Shown one piece after another: positions 23,642 through 32,578 of a stretch of 36,294 nucleotides of DNA. Source of the stretch: Patescibacteria group bacterium (GTDB lineage: Bacteria; Patescibacteriota; Minisyncoccia; Phycocordibacterales; UBA918); NCBI GenBank assembly GCA_015485575.1, contig WFTF01000031.1, positions 1 through 36,294 on the forward strand, given 5' to 3'. The translations under genes were made by a program, and so were the position numbers. Every line of letters starts with the position of its first letter. The stretch's first letter is position 1. A model generated the notes under the pieces. The model was not told the DNA's origin and did not search any database. It saw only the letters and a program-made list of their open reading frames with translations.

Positions 23642-25375
23642 ATGAAATTTCGTCTGACACGAACAAGGTCATTGATGACACGTTACTTTGACTTCATACA
23701 ACGACGTAGTATAGGCGATAGGTTTATCTTTCACCTGGCACTGATTGCTGTCTTGGGATCACTGTTGTACACCATCATACTGGCCAACACGCAGAGTGTA
23801 ACACTGGTACCCAGTTCCGGCGGAACTCTGGTGGAAGGGATTGTGGGTACTCCCCGGTTTGTCAACCCCGTACTTGCCATAACCCGTGCAGACCGAGACA
23901 TGGTAGCGCTTATATACAGCGGTTTAATGAAACTTGATGAAAACGGTACACTGGTTCCCGATCTTGCAGAATCAATCACACGATCGGAGGATGGGCGTAC
24001 ATACAACATAAAACTGCGCAAAAATGTCACATTTCACAATGGCGAACCTTTTACAGCGCGCGATGTAGCATACACTATAGCTCTTATTCAAGATCCTGAT
24101 CTGAAAAGTCCATTACGCGGCAACTGGGAGGGGGTTGTGGTTGAAGAACTTGGTGACTATGAGTTGAACATCGTTCTGGAAGAGGCATACACCCCTTTTG
24201 TTGAAAACCTGACCGTGGGTATACTGCCGCGTTCGCTCTGGGATGGTCTCCCTACGGAACAACTGCCATTCAGTCAGAACAACACAGAACCGGTTGGAAC
24301 CGGACCATACTATGTACGTGATACGTTGCGCAATAAGTCTGGGCTGGTGAATGCGTACGAACTGGTGGCGTATGACACACAAGACCGCAAACCAAATCTA
24401 GATACGCTGGTATTTAATTTCTATCAAACTGAGGAAGAACTGCTTCAGGCACTTCAAAATAAAGAAATAGCCAGCACACCCAGTCTTTCCATAGAAGGAC
24501 TAAAATTGATCAATACAGACGTATACACCATTATGGAGACACCACTACCGAGAACCTTCTCTGTGTTCTTTAACCAAAACAAGTCCGCAGCATTGCGTGA
24601 CAAATCGGTCCGACAGGCGCTTAATATCATGCTTGACAGAGAGAAACTGATCGCGGACACACTTGATGGACACGGTATCCCCATCTACAGCCCTGTCCCA
24701 CCGGGATTTCTTACGCTAGAATCTGAAGGCACTTCAGAGGTGCAATATGCTGACTCCGAGCGACTTGAACAGGCAACACAAATACTTACACAGGGCGGCT
24801 GGACCAAAACCGAATCGGGAACCTGGGAGAAGGAAATTGACAAAAATACAGTCACACTTGCAGTGACACTCAGTACCGCAAACACCCCACTGTTTGAAGC
24901 AACCGCTGAATATCTCAGGCAAGTGTGGACAGCACTGGGGGTGGAAGTGCAGGTTGATCAATTTGAACAAACCGACCTGGTACAGTCCATTATCAGACCT
25001 CGCAGTTTTGAAGCATTGCTCTTTGGGAGTGATATCGGACGCAGTGTTGATTTGTATCCATTCTGGCATTCATCGCAAAAAGACGATCCTGGCTTAAATA
25101 TAGCACAGTATACAAACATAGATGCAGACGCTCTTCTGGAGAAAGCACGGGAAATGACAGATACAGAGCGTGTGAATGCAATCCGTCAGTTTGAATCTAT
25201 CATCCAAAATGAGCTACCGGCACTGTTCCTCTACACACCAACATTTAACTATGTAGTGGACAAGGACCTGACCATACCGCCTTTTACACGATTAAGTAAA
25301 CCGAGTGAACGCTTTACAAACATAGCCCAATGGCATATGAACGCTGAAAAGTTGTGGCCTGTATTCACAAACTGA
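23642..25375 (+). CDS. family-5 (DppA/OppA-type) extracellular solute-binding protein, membrane-anchored
   Basis: The N-terminal TM is FIFHLALIAVLGSLLYTIILA. GGTLVEGIVGTPRFVNPVLA, LVPDLAES, RTYNIKLRKNVTFHNGEPFTARDV and PVGTGPY are typical of SBP_bac_5. The start is uncertain (23567 TTG, 23603 or 23642 ATG). Confidence 0.85.
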   Translation: MKFRLTRTRSLMTRYFDFIQRRSIGDRFIFHLALIAVLGSLLYTIILANTQSVTLVPSSGGTLVEGIVGTPRFVNPVLAITRADRDMVALIYSGLMKLDENGTLVPDLAESITRSEDGRTYNIKLRKNVTFHNGEPFTARDVAYTIALIQDPDLKSPLRGNWEGVVVEELGDYELNIVLEEAYTPFVENLTVGILPRSLWDGLPTEQLPFSQNNTEPVGTGPYYVRDTLRNKSGLVNAYELVAYDTQDRKPNLDTLVFNFYQTEEELLQALQNKEIASTPSLSIEGLKLINTDVYTIMETPLPRTFSVFFNQNKSAALRDKSVRQALNIMLDREKLIADTLDGHGIPIYSPVPPGFLTLESEGTSEVQYADSERLEQATQILTQGGWTKTESGTWEKEIDKNTVTLAVTLSTANTPLFEATAEYLRQVWTALGVEVQVDQFEQTDLVQSIIRPRSFEALLFGSDIGRSVDLYPFWHSSQKDDPGLNIAQYTNIDADALLEKAREMTDTERVNAIRQFESIIQNELPALFLYTPTFNYVVDKDLTIPPFTRLSKPSERFTNIAQWHMNAEKLWPVFTN

Positions 25376-25414
25376 TGCCCATAGTCGGTAGTTGAGAATA
25401 TCCATAGCTATGAT

Positions 25415-27388
25415 ATGGATTTTCTCCACTATCTATTAAAAAATAAAAAACGTAAAAAACAGAACATGAAACAACCAGAAACAAAACAGTCAGAAAGGAA
25501 AGTGTCACACGGTCGCACAGCAGGTCGCAGTGTACATGGTGTCCGTCGTACTCGTACAACCAGCAAACGTCACACAAAAACAACTAAAAAAACCACTAAA
25601 AAACGTCGCAGCAACCACCACAACAAACGCAGGAGAAGCACTACCAGCCCGGTCCTCACCCATCGTTTAAACAGCACGGATACGAGATCAGCGCAGATTC
25701 CGGAAGTACTTGATGAAGATACGGTACGCGTGATCCCTATTTCAGGAGTTGAGGAAATCGGCCGCAATATGACCATTGTAGAGACAAAAGACGATATCAT
25801 CATTTTTGATATTGGATTCCAGTTCGTATCTCCTGAGGCAAATGCTCCCGGCATCAACTACATCCTGCCCAACACGCAGTACTTGGAAGAACGTAAACAT
25901 AAAATACGTGCACTTGTGGTGACTCATGGCCACTTGGATCACATCGGTGGCATCCCCTTTGTCATGGAGCGTATCGGCAATCCTCCTATCTATACACAGT
26001 ATTTGACGTCATTGATGATACTTAAGCGACAGGAGGAATTTCCACATTTGGATCCGGTTGATATGAATGTGGTGAAGGAGGGAGAATCATTCACTGTTGG
26101 TAGCACCAAGATAGAGACCTTTCCTGTAACCCATTCCATTCCGGATGCCATGGGAGTTTCTGTGAAAACAAAGCACGGTAATATCGTGATCACGGGAGAC
26201 ATTAAACTGACCCATGAAAACGGACAAGTGGTTGTTGAAGAAAGAAAGTCATGGGAAAAAATAGGGCAAGAAAAAAACCTACTTCTGGTATGTGATTCAA
26301 CCAATGCAGACCGAAGCGGTTGGTCTGCTCCGGAGGGAGAGGTGTTCCACTCACTTGAGGAGATTATCAATGGCGCAACCGGACGACTGATTATCGGTAC
26401 CTTTGCATCACAATTTGATCGTCTGATTAGCATTATTAAGGCATGTGAAAAGGCGGGGAAAAAAGTGGTCATGGAGGGACGCTCCATAAAAACAAACATT
26501 GAAATTGCCCTAACCGCAAAACTCTTCAGCGTAAAACCGGATACCTTCATCAGTGCCGCTGATATGGGCGACTATCCATCGGATCGCATCGTTATCCTCT
26601 CAACGGGCGCACAGGGAGAGGAGTATGCCGCACTGATGCGCATGGCAACCGATAAACATAAGTTTATTCAACTGAACGAGCGAGATACTATTGTGCTATC
26701 CTCCTCTGTTATTCCCGGTAATGAAATTGCGGTACAAAAACTCAAAGACAACATTTATCGCAAAAATGTCAGGGTCATCAACTATCGTTCTGCTGCGGTA
26801 CACTCTTCCGGCCACGGAAACGCAAGTGAATTGGTATGGGTGCACCAAGCAGTGAAACCACGGTTTCTTATGCCGGTGCATGGACATCACTATCACCTGA
26901 AAAGTCACATGTATGCGGCAGTGGAAAATGGTTTTCCAAAGGAAAATATCGTTGTTCCGGACAATGGCACGATTGTAGATATCATCAAAGGAGAAGAGAT
27001 TGTGGTGCAACCGGTAAAGGCACCAAATGATTTGGTGATGGTTGATGGCTTCACCGTCGGCACCAAGCAGGAAGTAGTGCTGCGCGACCGGCAATCCCTC
27101 GCAGAGGATGGTATGTTTGTGATTATCGCCACTATCAACACCAAAACCGGCAAACTGCGCAAATCTCCGGATATCATTTCTCGCGGTTTTGTCTACTTGC
27201 GCGAAAATCAGCAACTCCTTGCAGAAGCTCGCGTACTGATTAAAAAAACCGTTGAGAAAAACACGGAACGCATGCACCCGATTGATCTTGATATGGTCAA
27301 GGATGAATTGGCGGACACCATCTCAGGATTCTTGATGCAAAAAACAAACAAATCACCTATGGTTATTCCGGTGCTGATTGGTATTTAA
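25415..27388 (+). CDS. rnj: ribonuclease J (metallo-beta-lactamase/beta-CASP) with a poly-basic N-terminal extension
   Basis: VTHGHLDHIGG is the HxHxDH motif, and the beta-CASP and C-terminal domains are full length. The first ~100 aa are K/R/T-rich low complexity. An alternative start is Met18 (25466). Confidence 0.93.
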   Translation: MDFLHYLLKNKKRKKQNMKQPETKQSERKVSHGRTAGRSVHGVRRTRTTSKRHTKTTKKTTKKRRSNHHNKRRRSTTSPVLTHRLNSTDTRSAQIPEVLDEDTVRVIPISGVEEIGRNMTIVETKDDIIIFDIGFQFVSPEANAPGINYILPNTQYLEERKHKIRALVVTHGHLDHIGGIPFVMERIGNPPIYTQYLTSLMILKRQEEFPHLDPVDMNVVKEGESFTVGSTKIETFPVTHSIPDAMGVSVKTKHGNIVITGDIKLTHENGQVVVEERKSWEKIGQEKNLLLVCDSTNADRSGWSAPEGEVFHSLEEIINGATGRLIIGTFASQFDRLISIIKACEKAGKKVVMEGRSIKTNIEIALTAKLFSVKPDTFISAADMGDYPSDRIVILSTGAQGEEYAALMRMATDKHKFIQLNERDTIVLSSSVIPGNEIAVQKLKDNIYRKNVRVINYRSAAVHSSGHGNASELVWVHQAVKPRFLMPVHGHHYHLKSHMYAAVENGFPKENIVVPDNGTIVDIIKGEEIVVQPVKAPNDLVMVDGFTVGTKQEVVLRDRQSLAEDGMFVIIATINTKTGKLRKSPDIISRGFVYLRENQQLLAEARVLIKKTVEKNTERMHPIDLDMVKDELADTISGFLMQKTNKSPMVIPVLIGI

Positions 27389-27401
27389 ACGCAGAGAAAA
27401 A

Positions 27402-27435
27402 GGGAGTCAAATGCGATGCATTTGACTCCCTTTTT
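27402..27435 (+). terminator. strong intrinsic terminator after rnj
   Basis: GGGAGTCAAATGC, loop GAT, GCATTTGACTCCC, followed by TTTTT. Confidence 0.8.
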
Positions 27436-27495
27436 CAATGACTCCAAAAACACATGCGGCACTGATGATAACTTCATTTGCGCAAGAAAAACCGG

Positions 27496-27504
27496 TGGTA
27501 CAAT
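27496..27504 (+). promoter_or_regulatory. extended -10 element TGgTACAAT upstream of the MFS gene
   Basis: TG at 27496-27497 and TACAAT at 27499-27504. There are 9 nt to the ATG at 27514, and no Shine-Dalgarno or clear -35. Confidence 0.35.
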
Positions 27505-27513
27505 ACTATCACC

Positions 27514-28716
27514 ATGACGCTCCAACGAAGACATACTTTTTGCTGCGAACCGAATGAAAAGATAGATTTTTGGCTCATCTACATCCTCTCAATCATCTTC
27601 AACTTCCATGGACTGTTGATTGCATATAGCAACTCCACGTTTATGGAACAATTTGCAAGTACCGAGACAATTGGTGCAATGTACACCATCGGCTCATCAC
27701 TTGCAGTGTTATCCTTTTTATTCATCTCACGTATCCTGCGTAAAGTGGGAAATACTTCTCTGACACTGACTCTTGGTATACTGGAAATTATCGCCCTTAT
27801 TACACTCGGCTTTACCGATAACGCGGCAACCGCCATAGTGGCATTTGTGACTTTTCTCACCTTAAATCCTCTACTCTATCTGAGTATTGATATATTCTCC
27901 GAAAGTCTCATTGGAAATAACGAACAAAGTACCGGCAGCAAACGAGGTTTAGCACTGACGCTAATGAGTTTGGCGGCAGTACTTGCTCCTTTGGCTATGG
28001 GTCTTATTGTCGGTGCGGATGACAGTAACCTCAACAAAACCTACTTCGTTGCTGCTGCCATTTTTTCCATATTCATACTGATTATCATCAGTAAATTTCG
28101 CCATTTCTGTGATCCAAAGTACAAAGAGGTACGAGTACTGCGCGCTATACAAGGCTTCTGGGACCAGCATGATGTCAGGTATGTCTTTCTCTCACACTTC
28201 ACCCTACAGGTCTTCTTCTCATGGATGGTGATTTACCTTCCGCTCTATCTTGCAACAGAAATCGGTTTTACCTGGGATATTATCGGATCCATAATAGCAG
28301 TGGGATTATTTGCCTATGTACTTTTTGAGTATCCCATTGGCATCCTCGCTGACCGCTACATTGGTGAAAAAGAAATGATGGCAAGCGGTTTTTTGATCTT
28401 GGCGGTTACCTCCTCGTGGATCTCCTTTATGACCGCTGTTTCAGTAATCGCTTGGATGGTGCTCATGTTCATAAGCCGCATTGGAGCTTCACTGGTGGAA
28501 GCAACAACAGAGAGCTATTTTTTCAAACATATCAACGGGACAGATGCAAATATAATGAGCTTCTTTCGTTTGACACGTCCCTTGGCGATGCTTGTTGGAT
28601 CACTCATTGGCGGTTTAACACTGTTGTACATTCCGTTTCAGCTGATGTTTGTAGTGCTCGGGCTTCTGATGGTACCGGGTATATTTTTCACCATTCACCT
28701 AAAGGACACAAAATGA
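27514..28716 (+). CDS. MFS-type transporter (about 12 TM helices)
   Basis: Alternating hydrophobic helices run throughout, with a central loop (KFRHFCDPKYKEVRVLRAIQGFW) splitting two six-helix halves. I placed the start at MTLQRRH (27514). The substrate is unknown. Confidence 0.8.
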   Translation: MTLQRRHTFCCEPNEKIDFWLIYILSIIFNFHGLLIAYSNSTFMEQFASTETIGAMYTIGSSLAVLSFLFISRILRKVGNTSLTLTLGILEIIALITLGFTDNAATAIVAFVTFLTLNPLLYLSIDIFSESLIGNNEQSTGSKRGLALTLMSLAAVLAPLAMGLIVGADDSNLNKTYFVAAAIFSIFILIIISKFRHFCDPKYKEVRVLRAIQGFWDQHDVRYVFLSHFTLQVFFSWMVIYLPLYLATEIGFTWDIIGSIIAVGLFAYVLFEYPIGILADRYIGEKEMMASGFLILAVTSSWISFMTAVSVIAWMVLMFISRIGASLVEATTESYFFKHINGTDANIMSFFRLTRPLAMLVGSLIGGLTLLYIPFQLMFVVLGLLMVPGIFFTIHLKDTK

Positions 28717-28722
28717 TATAGT
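28694..28722 (+). promoter_or_regulatory. promoter TTCACC-N17-TATAGT upstream of the HIT-like gene
   Basis: -35 at 28694-28699, inside the MFS 3' end, and -10 at 28717-28722. There are 9 nt to the ATG at 28732. Confidence 0.35.
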
Positions 28723-28731
28723 ACTGCCATT

Positions 28732-29097
28732 ATGATATTACGCAGCGCAGAAACACAGGAACGATACAATCAAAACCAAGCGCAATACACAAACTTTTCA
28801 GAAACCAAAGACTACAGAGAAGATGAAGAACGGGTCATACGCCAATACACACACTGGTACATCATCCCCAACCTCTTCCCCTACGATAAGGTGGCTCAGG
28901 TCCACGATATGCTGGTCCCAAAACGTGTCTTTGCAAAACTGTCAGAATGCAACAGGGTGGAATGGGAGGAGTATAAAACCATTCTGAATCAACTGGAAGA
29001 AGAAAAATACTACGATGCCATTATGGAAAACTTTTCTAAACACAGGAGCATTTGCAAACATCTGCACCTACATTTGATTATCTGGAAACGCTCGTAA
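28732..29097 (+). CDS. HIT (histidine triad)-like protein, divergent
   Basis: The C-terminal HLHLHLI matches the HxHxHxx histidine triad. HDMLVPKR resembles the HIT strand that precedes it. Confidence 0.65.
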   Translation: MILRSAETQERYNQNQAQYTNFSETKDYREDEERVIRQYTHWYIIPNLFPYDKVAQVHDMLVPKRVFAKLSECNRVEWEEYKTILNQLEEEKYYDAIMENFSKHRSICKHLHLHLIIWKRS

Positions 29098-29173
29098 ATC
29101 CCAACCTAAACCTGCCTTTGCCGGGTCAAGAAAAACCATACTGATTACTCTTACCTCACATCCGCATACTGAC

Positions 29174-29995
29174 TCAGCGGGGCAACCGGTACGATTGTTT
29201 GGCTTTTTGCAATAAGCCCTCTTCACACAGTTTCTCCAATTGCTCGTCTATACGTCTCTCTTCAAACTCGGTTAGTGAGGTCAGAAGATGCGTATGTGTA
29301 CGAGTACCTTTACATTGTGATAACACGCGTAAAATCGCACCCCGAATTTGCCTATCACTCCCTCGAAACGGCTTTTGAGGTGTATAGTGTGTACTTTTAT
29401 GGTTCAAGCTACCATGTTTCTTTTTGACATACGATCCATAATCCATCAATGCCCAATACCACTCTCGTGGATTAGTCCTATCAAGGGTTCGTTCGATATA
29501 CCGCACTATCTGATCATCATGCACATCATGTTCCTTCTTGAAAAAGTGATGAAGAAAAACCGTCCGGATATTTGTTTCTATCAGGACTTGGGGCTGATTA
29601 AAGGCAAATACAAGTACCGCTCCCGCCGTGTAGGGACCAACTCCGGGCAATTGTATCAATGACCGAAATGTAGACAGGGGTGCACGCTCGGACGATGCTG
29701 ATATCTGTTGTGCACACATATGCAGCATCTTGGCGCGACGATTATAACCAAGCCCTTGCCAGGCAATCAGTACCTCTGCCAAAGATGCATGCGCGAGACG
29801 CTTCCATGAAGGAAAATGCCGCATGAACTCTCTATACTTCGGCTCCACACGCTCAACCTGAGTCTGCTGCAACATAACTTCGGAAACCAGTATGCGATAT
29901 GGAGTGATCTGTCTTCGCCAAGGAAGTGTATGCCGACCACGCGTGTCATAAAAGTCCCAAACGGTCTGTATAAATTGTTTTTCCTTTCTGTTCAT
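29174..29995 (-). CDS. MutY-core HhH-GPD DNA glycosylase lacking the Fe-S cluster loop and NUDIX domain
   Basis: LPWRRQITPYRILVSEVMLQQTQVERV, WQGLGYNRRA and the HhH motif LPGVGPYTAGAVL are MutY-like. No Cys-X6-Cys-X2-Cys-X5-Cys follows ALMDYG. The ~60-aa C-terminus looks winged-helix-like. The ATG overlaps the PspC stop (ATGA). Confidence 0.85.
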   Translation of the reverse strand: MNRKEKQFIQTVWDFYDTRGRHTLPWRRQITPYRILVSEVMLQQTQVERVEPKYREFMRHFPSWKRLAHASLAEVLIAWQGLGYNRRAKMLHMCAQQISASSERAPLSTFRSLIQLPGVGPYTAGAVLVFAFNQPQVLIETNIRTVFLHHFFKKEHDVHDDQIVRYIERTLDRTNPREWYWALMDYGSYVKKKHGSLNHKSTHYTPQKPFRGSDRQIRGAILRVLSQCKGTRTHTHLLTSLTEFEERRIDEQLEKLCEEGLLQKAKQSYRLPR

Positions 29996-30231
29996 TTATG
30001 AACGTGATAATCCGTCTTGTCCGCTGATTCTATCTTTGGTTTTTCGGGAATAATAACCCACGCACCAAGGTATAATAATATGCCCGGCATAAGTCCAGTC
30101 ACCACCACCAACACGAGCATAGCCAGGCGATACCACACAACATCATGCTCAAAGTACTCTGCCAGACCTGCCAGAACACCACCCAGCATGCCCCTATTTG
30201 TGTTTCTATATAACTTTTTTTGTATCATCAT
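29992..30231 (-). CDS. PspC-domain membrane protein
   Basis: KKLYRNTNRGMLGGVLAGLAEYFEHDVVWYRLAMLVLVVVTGLMPGILLYLGAWVIIP is a full PspC signature. I placed the start at Met15 (30231). Confidence 0.8.
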   Translation of the reverse strand: MMIQKKLYRNTNRGMLGGVLAGLAEYFEHDVVWYRLAMLVLVVVTGLMPGILLYLGAWVIIPEKPKIESADKTDYHVHK

Positions 30232-30276
30232 AATCTGTTCTCTATCTGCGACTGTAAGTATAGCAAAGTGCACCCT

Positions 30277-30972
30277 CTACAACTCATAAATTACATCCTT
30301 TCGTTCCACAACCACCTTCCATCCTATAACTTGAGCGTGTTCATATAATTTTTTATTGGGATTGAAACAGATCGGCTGCTCCACTAACGCAAACATTGGA
30401 ATGTCCCCCTCGGTATCCCCTACCGCAATAGATCCTTCCGGGGTCAACTGCTCTTGCGAGAATACCCGCTCTACGATATTCGCTTTGTTTTCAATAATGT
30501 GCTCATCGGTAACCACCCCGGTAAAGCGGTCAGTGGGACCTATTTCATAGATGCGCCCATAGACCTTGTCAAAACCATACTCTCTGCAAAAAGCATCCAA
30601 AATCATCTTTGGGGACTGGGAAATGGCGACTGTGTAGTATCCTCTGCTCTTCAAGTCGGCAATCAGATCTCGCGTATAGCGATATACCCGCTTACTGTGT
30701 ATGGCAATCACCTCTTTGCCAATATCTGCAACAGTGCCATAGGGTACACCGATTATATGCCTGTAAAATGTATCAATCATAGCGGTAATATACGCCTCAT
30801 AACTCCCCTCTCTGTTTCGCCATGCCATATATGCATTCTCATATTCCAATACCGCTTCCACCGGAAAGACTTCATGTTCAATAAGCTGCTCAATCAGTTC
30901 AATAAATAAACTGGAACGAAATACGGTTCCGTCTATATCAAAAAATGCAACGTTTTGTTGTCTGACGCTCAT
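30277..30972 (-). CDS. HAD-superfamily subfamily IB hydrolase (SerB-like fold)
   Basis: Motif I is FFDIDGTVF, a helical cap follows, and motif IV is VGDTEGDIPMF. Confidence 0.85.
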   Translation of the reverse strand: MSVRQQNVAFFDIDGTVFRSSLFIELIEQLIEHEVFPVEAVLEYENAYMAWRNREGSYEAYITAMIDTFYRHIIGVPYGTVADIGKEVIAIHSKRVYRYTRDLIADLKSRGYYTVAISQSPKMILDAFCREYGFDKVYGRIYEIGPTDRFTGVVTDEHIIENKANIVERVFSQEQLTPEGSIAVGDTEGDIPMFALVEQPICFNPNKKLYEHAQVIGWKVVVERKDVIYEL

Positions 30973-30981
30973 AATTGACTC

Positions 30982-31830
30982 CTACAAAACAGCAATAAAC
31001 ACAGGTGTGTACTCACGATAGTCTTCAACAGACAGAGTGCGCTCTTCATATCGAGCATTATCGTCCGTATATACCTGTGCAATTTTTATGCTGTTATCGG
31101 GGTACACCGCTTCCACAAACGCAAGATACCCCACATCATCAAGCACATACTCCATAACCGAGTCTGTTTTTGGCTGCACGTGCATATACACACCCTTGGT
31201 ACCTTTTAATTTCCGCTGCCAAGTTCCCGCCAACCTTGATCGTTGCATTCTCCACGGGATTCTTTTATGACGCCGCACAAGACGATAGGTAACATATTCT
31301 TCCGCGGTTAATGAAAAACCATTACGTCCCGCATGAAACTCATCTTCAATACAGGCACGCAATTTTTTAGTTTCAGGGTGAGCGGCATCATACTGCTCAC
31401 CGGAGGTGAGTTGAGGCAGCACGTTCGCAGCAGAGGTGCTCAGCGAATCTTTTAAAATCCAACCGACCGTGTCTGAAAATCGCACCTGTGCCCATCGCCC
31501 CTGCAACCGTAGCAGGCGCACACCTTGCGCATACGGTAGGCGACATAATGCATTATCAAAAGCAACAACTGGGTCCGTATACATATACACATCCACTCCC
31601 CCAATATAGTACTGCTCACCGGTGTGTAGAGATACTGCGGAAGAAACGGGAGTCGGCGTTGCCGGTGGAGTGTATGTCTGTAGCGCATGAACAAAGGTAC
31701 TCACTGCTGTTTGGTCAATTCCATATGCGGAGGGCGCTTGTTTTTTATCCCGCATTGCAGGACGTGTCCCAAACAACGCTTCTCGCGCAAACAAAAGTAG
31801 ATCATCTACAACTGCAAACAATACATCCAT
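30982..31830 (-). CDS. hypothetical protein with a bacterial SH3-like segment
   Basis: GVRLLRLQGRWAQVRFSDTVGWILKDSL resembles SH3b. No signal peptide is obvious, and the remainder is unassigned. Confidence 0.65.
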   Translation of the reverse strand: MDVLFAVVDDLLLFAREALFGTRPAMRDKKQAPSAYGIDQTAVSTFVHALQTYTPPATPTPVSSAVSLHTGEQYYIGGVDVYMYTDPVVAFDNALCRLPYAQGVRLLRLQGRWAQVRFSDTVGWILKDSLSTSAANVLPQLTSGEQYDAAHPETKKLRACIEDEFHAGRNGFSLTAEEYVTYRLVRRHKRIPWRMQRSRLAGTWQRKLKGTKGVYMHVQPKTDSVMEYVLDDVGYLAFVEAVYPDNSIKIAQVYTDDNARYEERTLSVEDYREYTPVFIAVL

Positions 31831-31893
31831 GGTACCTATACTATACCACCGTCCGAGGAGTGTGGTGGCATTGACGTCAAACGGGGACGTGAT

Positions 31894-32562
31894 TTATTTT
31901 GCTTTTACCCAAATAGTATTCGCTTTTGGATATATCTTGGTTAAAGGGTGCATACGACAGTCATGTACGCGTGCCTGACAGTAGTCGCGACCGTAGTTTA
32001 CCAACCGATGGTTAAAACCCCACCACAGAGACTTTGGCATAATTTGCATAAGATCCCGCTCTATCCGTACCGGATCGGTATAGTCGGACAAGTCAAAACG
32101 GATAGCAAAGCGACGTACGTGTGTATCCACCGCAATCCCTTCGGTAATGCCATAGAGTGTGGAGAGAACCACATTTGCCGTTTTGCGTGCCACCCCGGGA
32201 AGTGTAATCATCTGCTCTAACGTGCGTGGAAGTGCCCCGGAAAACTCATCACGCACTTTTTGTGCTGAGGCGATAATATTTTTTGCTTTATTACGGTAAA
32301 AACCGGTCTGGTAGACATCTTGCTCCATTTCCGTTTGTGGTGCCCGTGCATAGTCGTCCAGTGTTTTGTATTTTTGAAATAGTTTTTTGGTGACCATGTT
32401 CACCCGTTCATCAGTACATTGTGCCGATAGCATCACCGCCACCAGACACTCAAAATCGGTAGTGTAGTGCAACGCAATGCGTGCTTCGGGATAGAGTTCC
32501 TGCAACACTGCGTTCATGCGCGCAACCCGTTTCATACGCTGCTTCTTTTTATACGCAGTCAT
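31894..32562 (-). CDS. nth: endonuclease III (Nth) with a degenerate Fe-S cluster loop
   Basis: LVAVMLSAQCTDERVN, the HhH motif LPGVARKTANVVL and the catalytic VDTHVRR are present. The C-terminal loop reads C-X6-C-X2-H-X5-Y instead of four Cys. Confidence 0.92.
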   Translation of the reverse strand: MTAYKKKQRMKRVARMNAVLQELYPEARIALHYTTDFECLVAVMLSAQCTDERVNMVTKKLFQKYKTLDDYARAPQTEMEQDVYQTGFYRNKAKNIIASAQKVRDEFSGALPRTLEQMITLPGVARKTANVVLSTLYGITEGIAVDTHVRRFAIRFDLSDYTDPVRIERDLMQIMPKSLWWGFNHRLVNYGRDYCQARVHDCRMHPLTKIYPKANTIWVKAK

Positions 32563-32578
32563 ACAAACGCAACACAGC

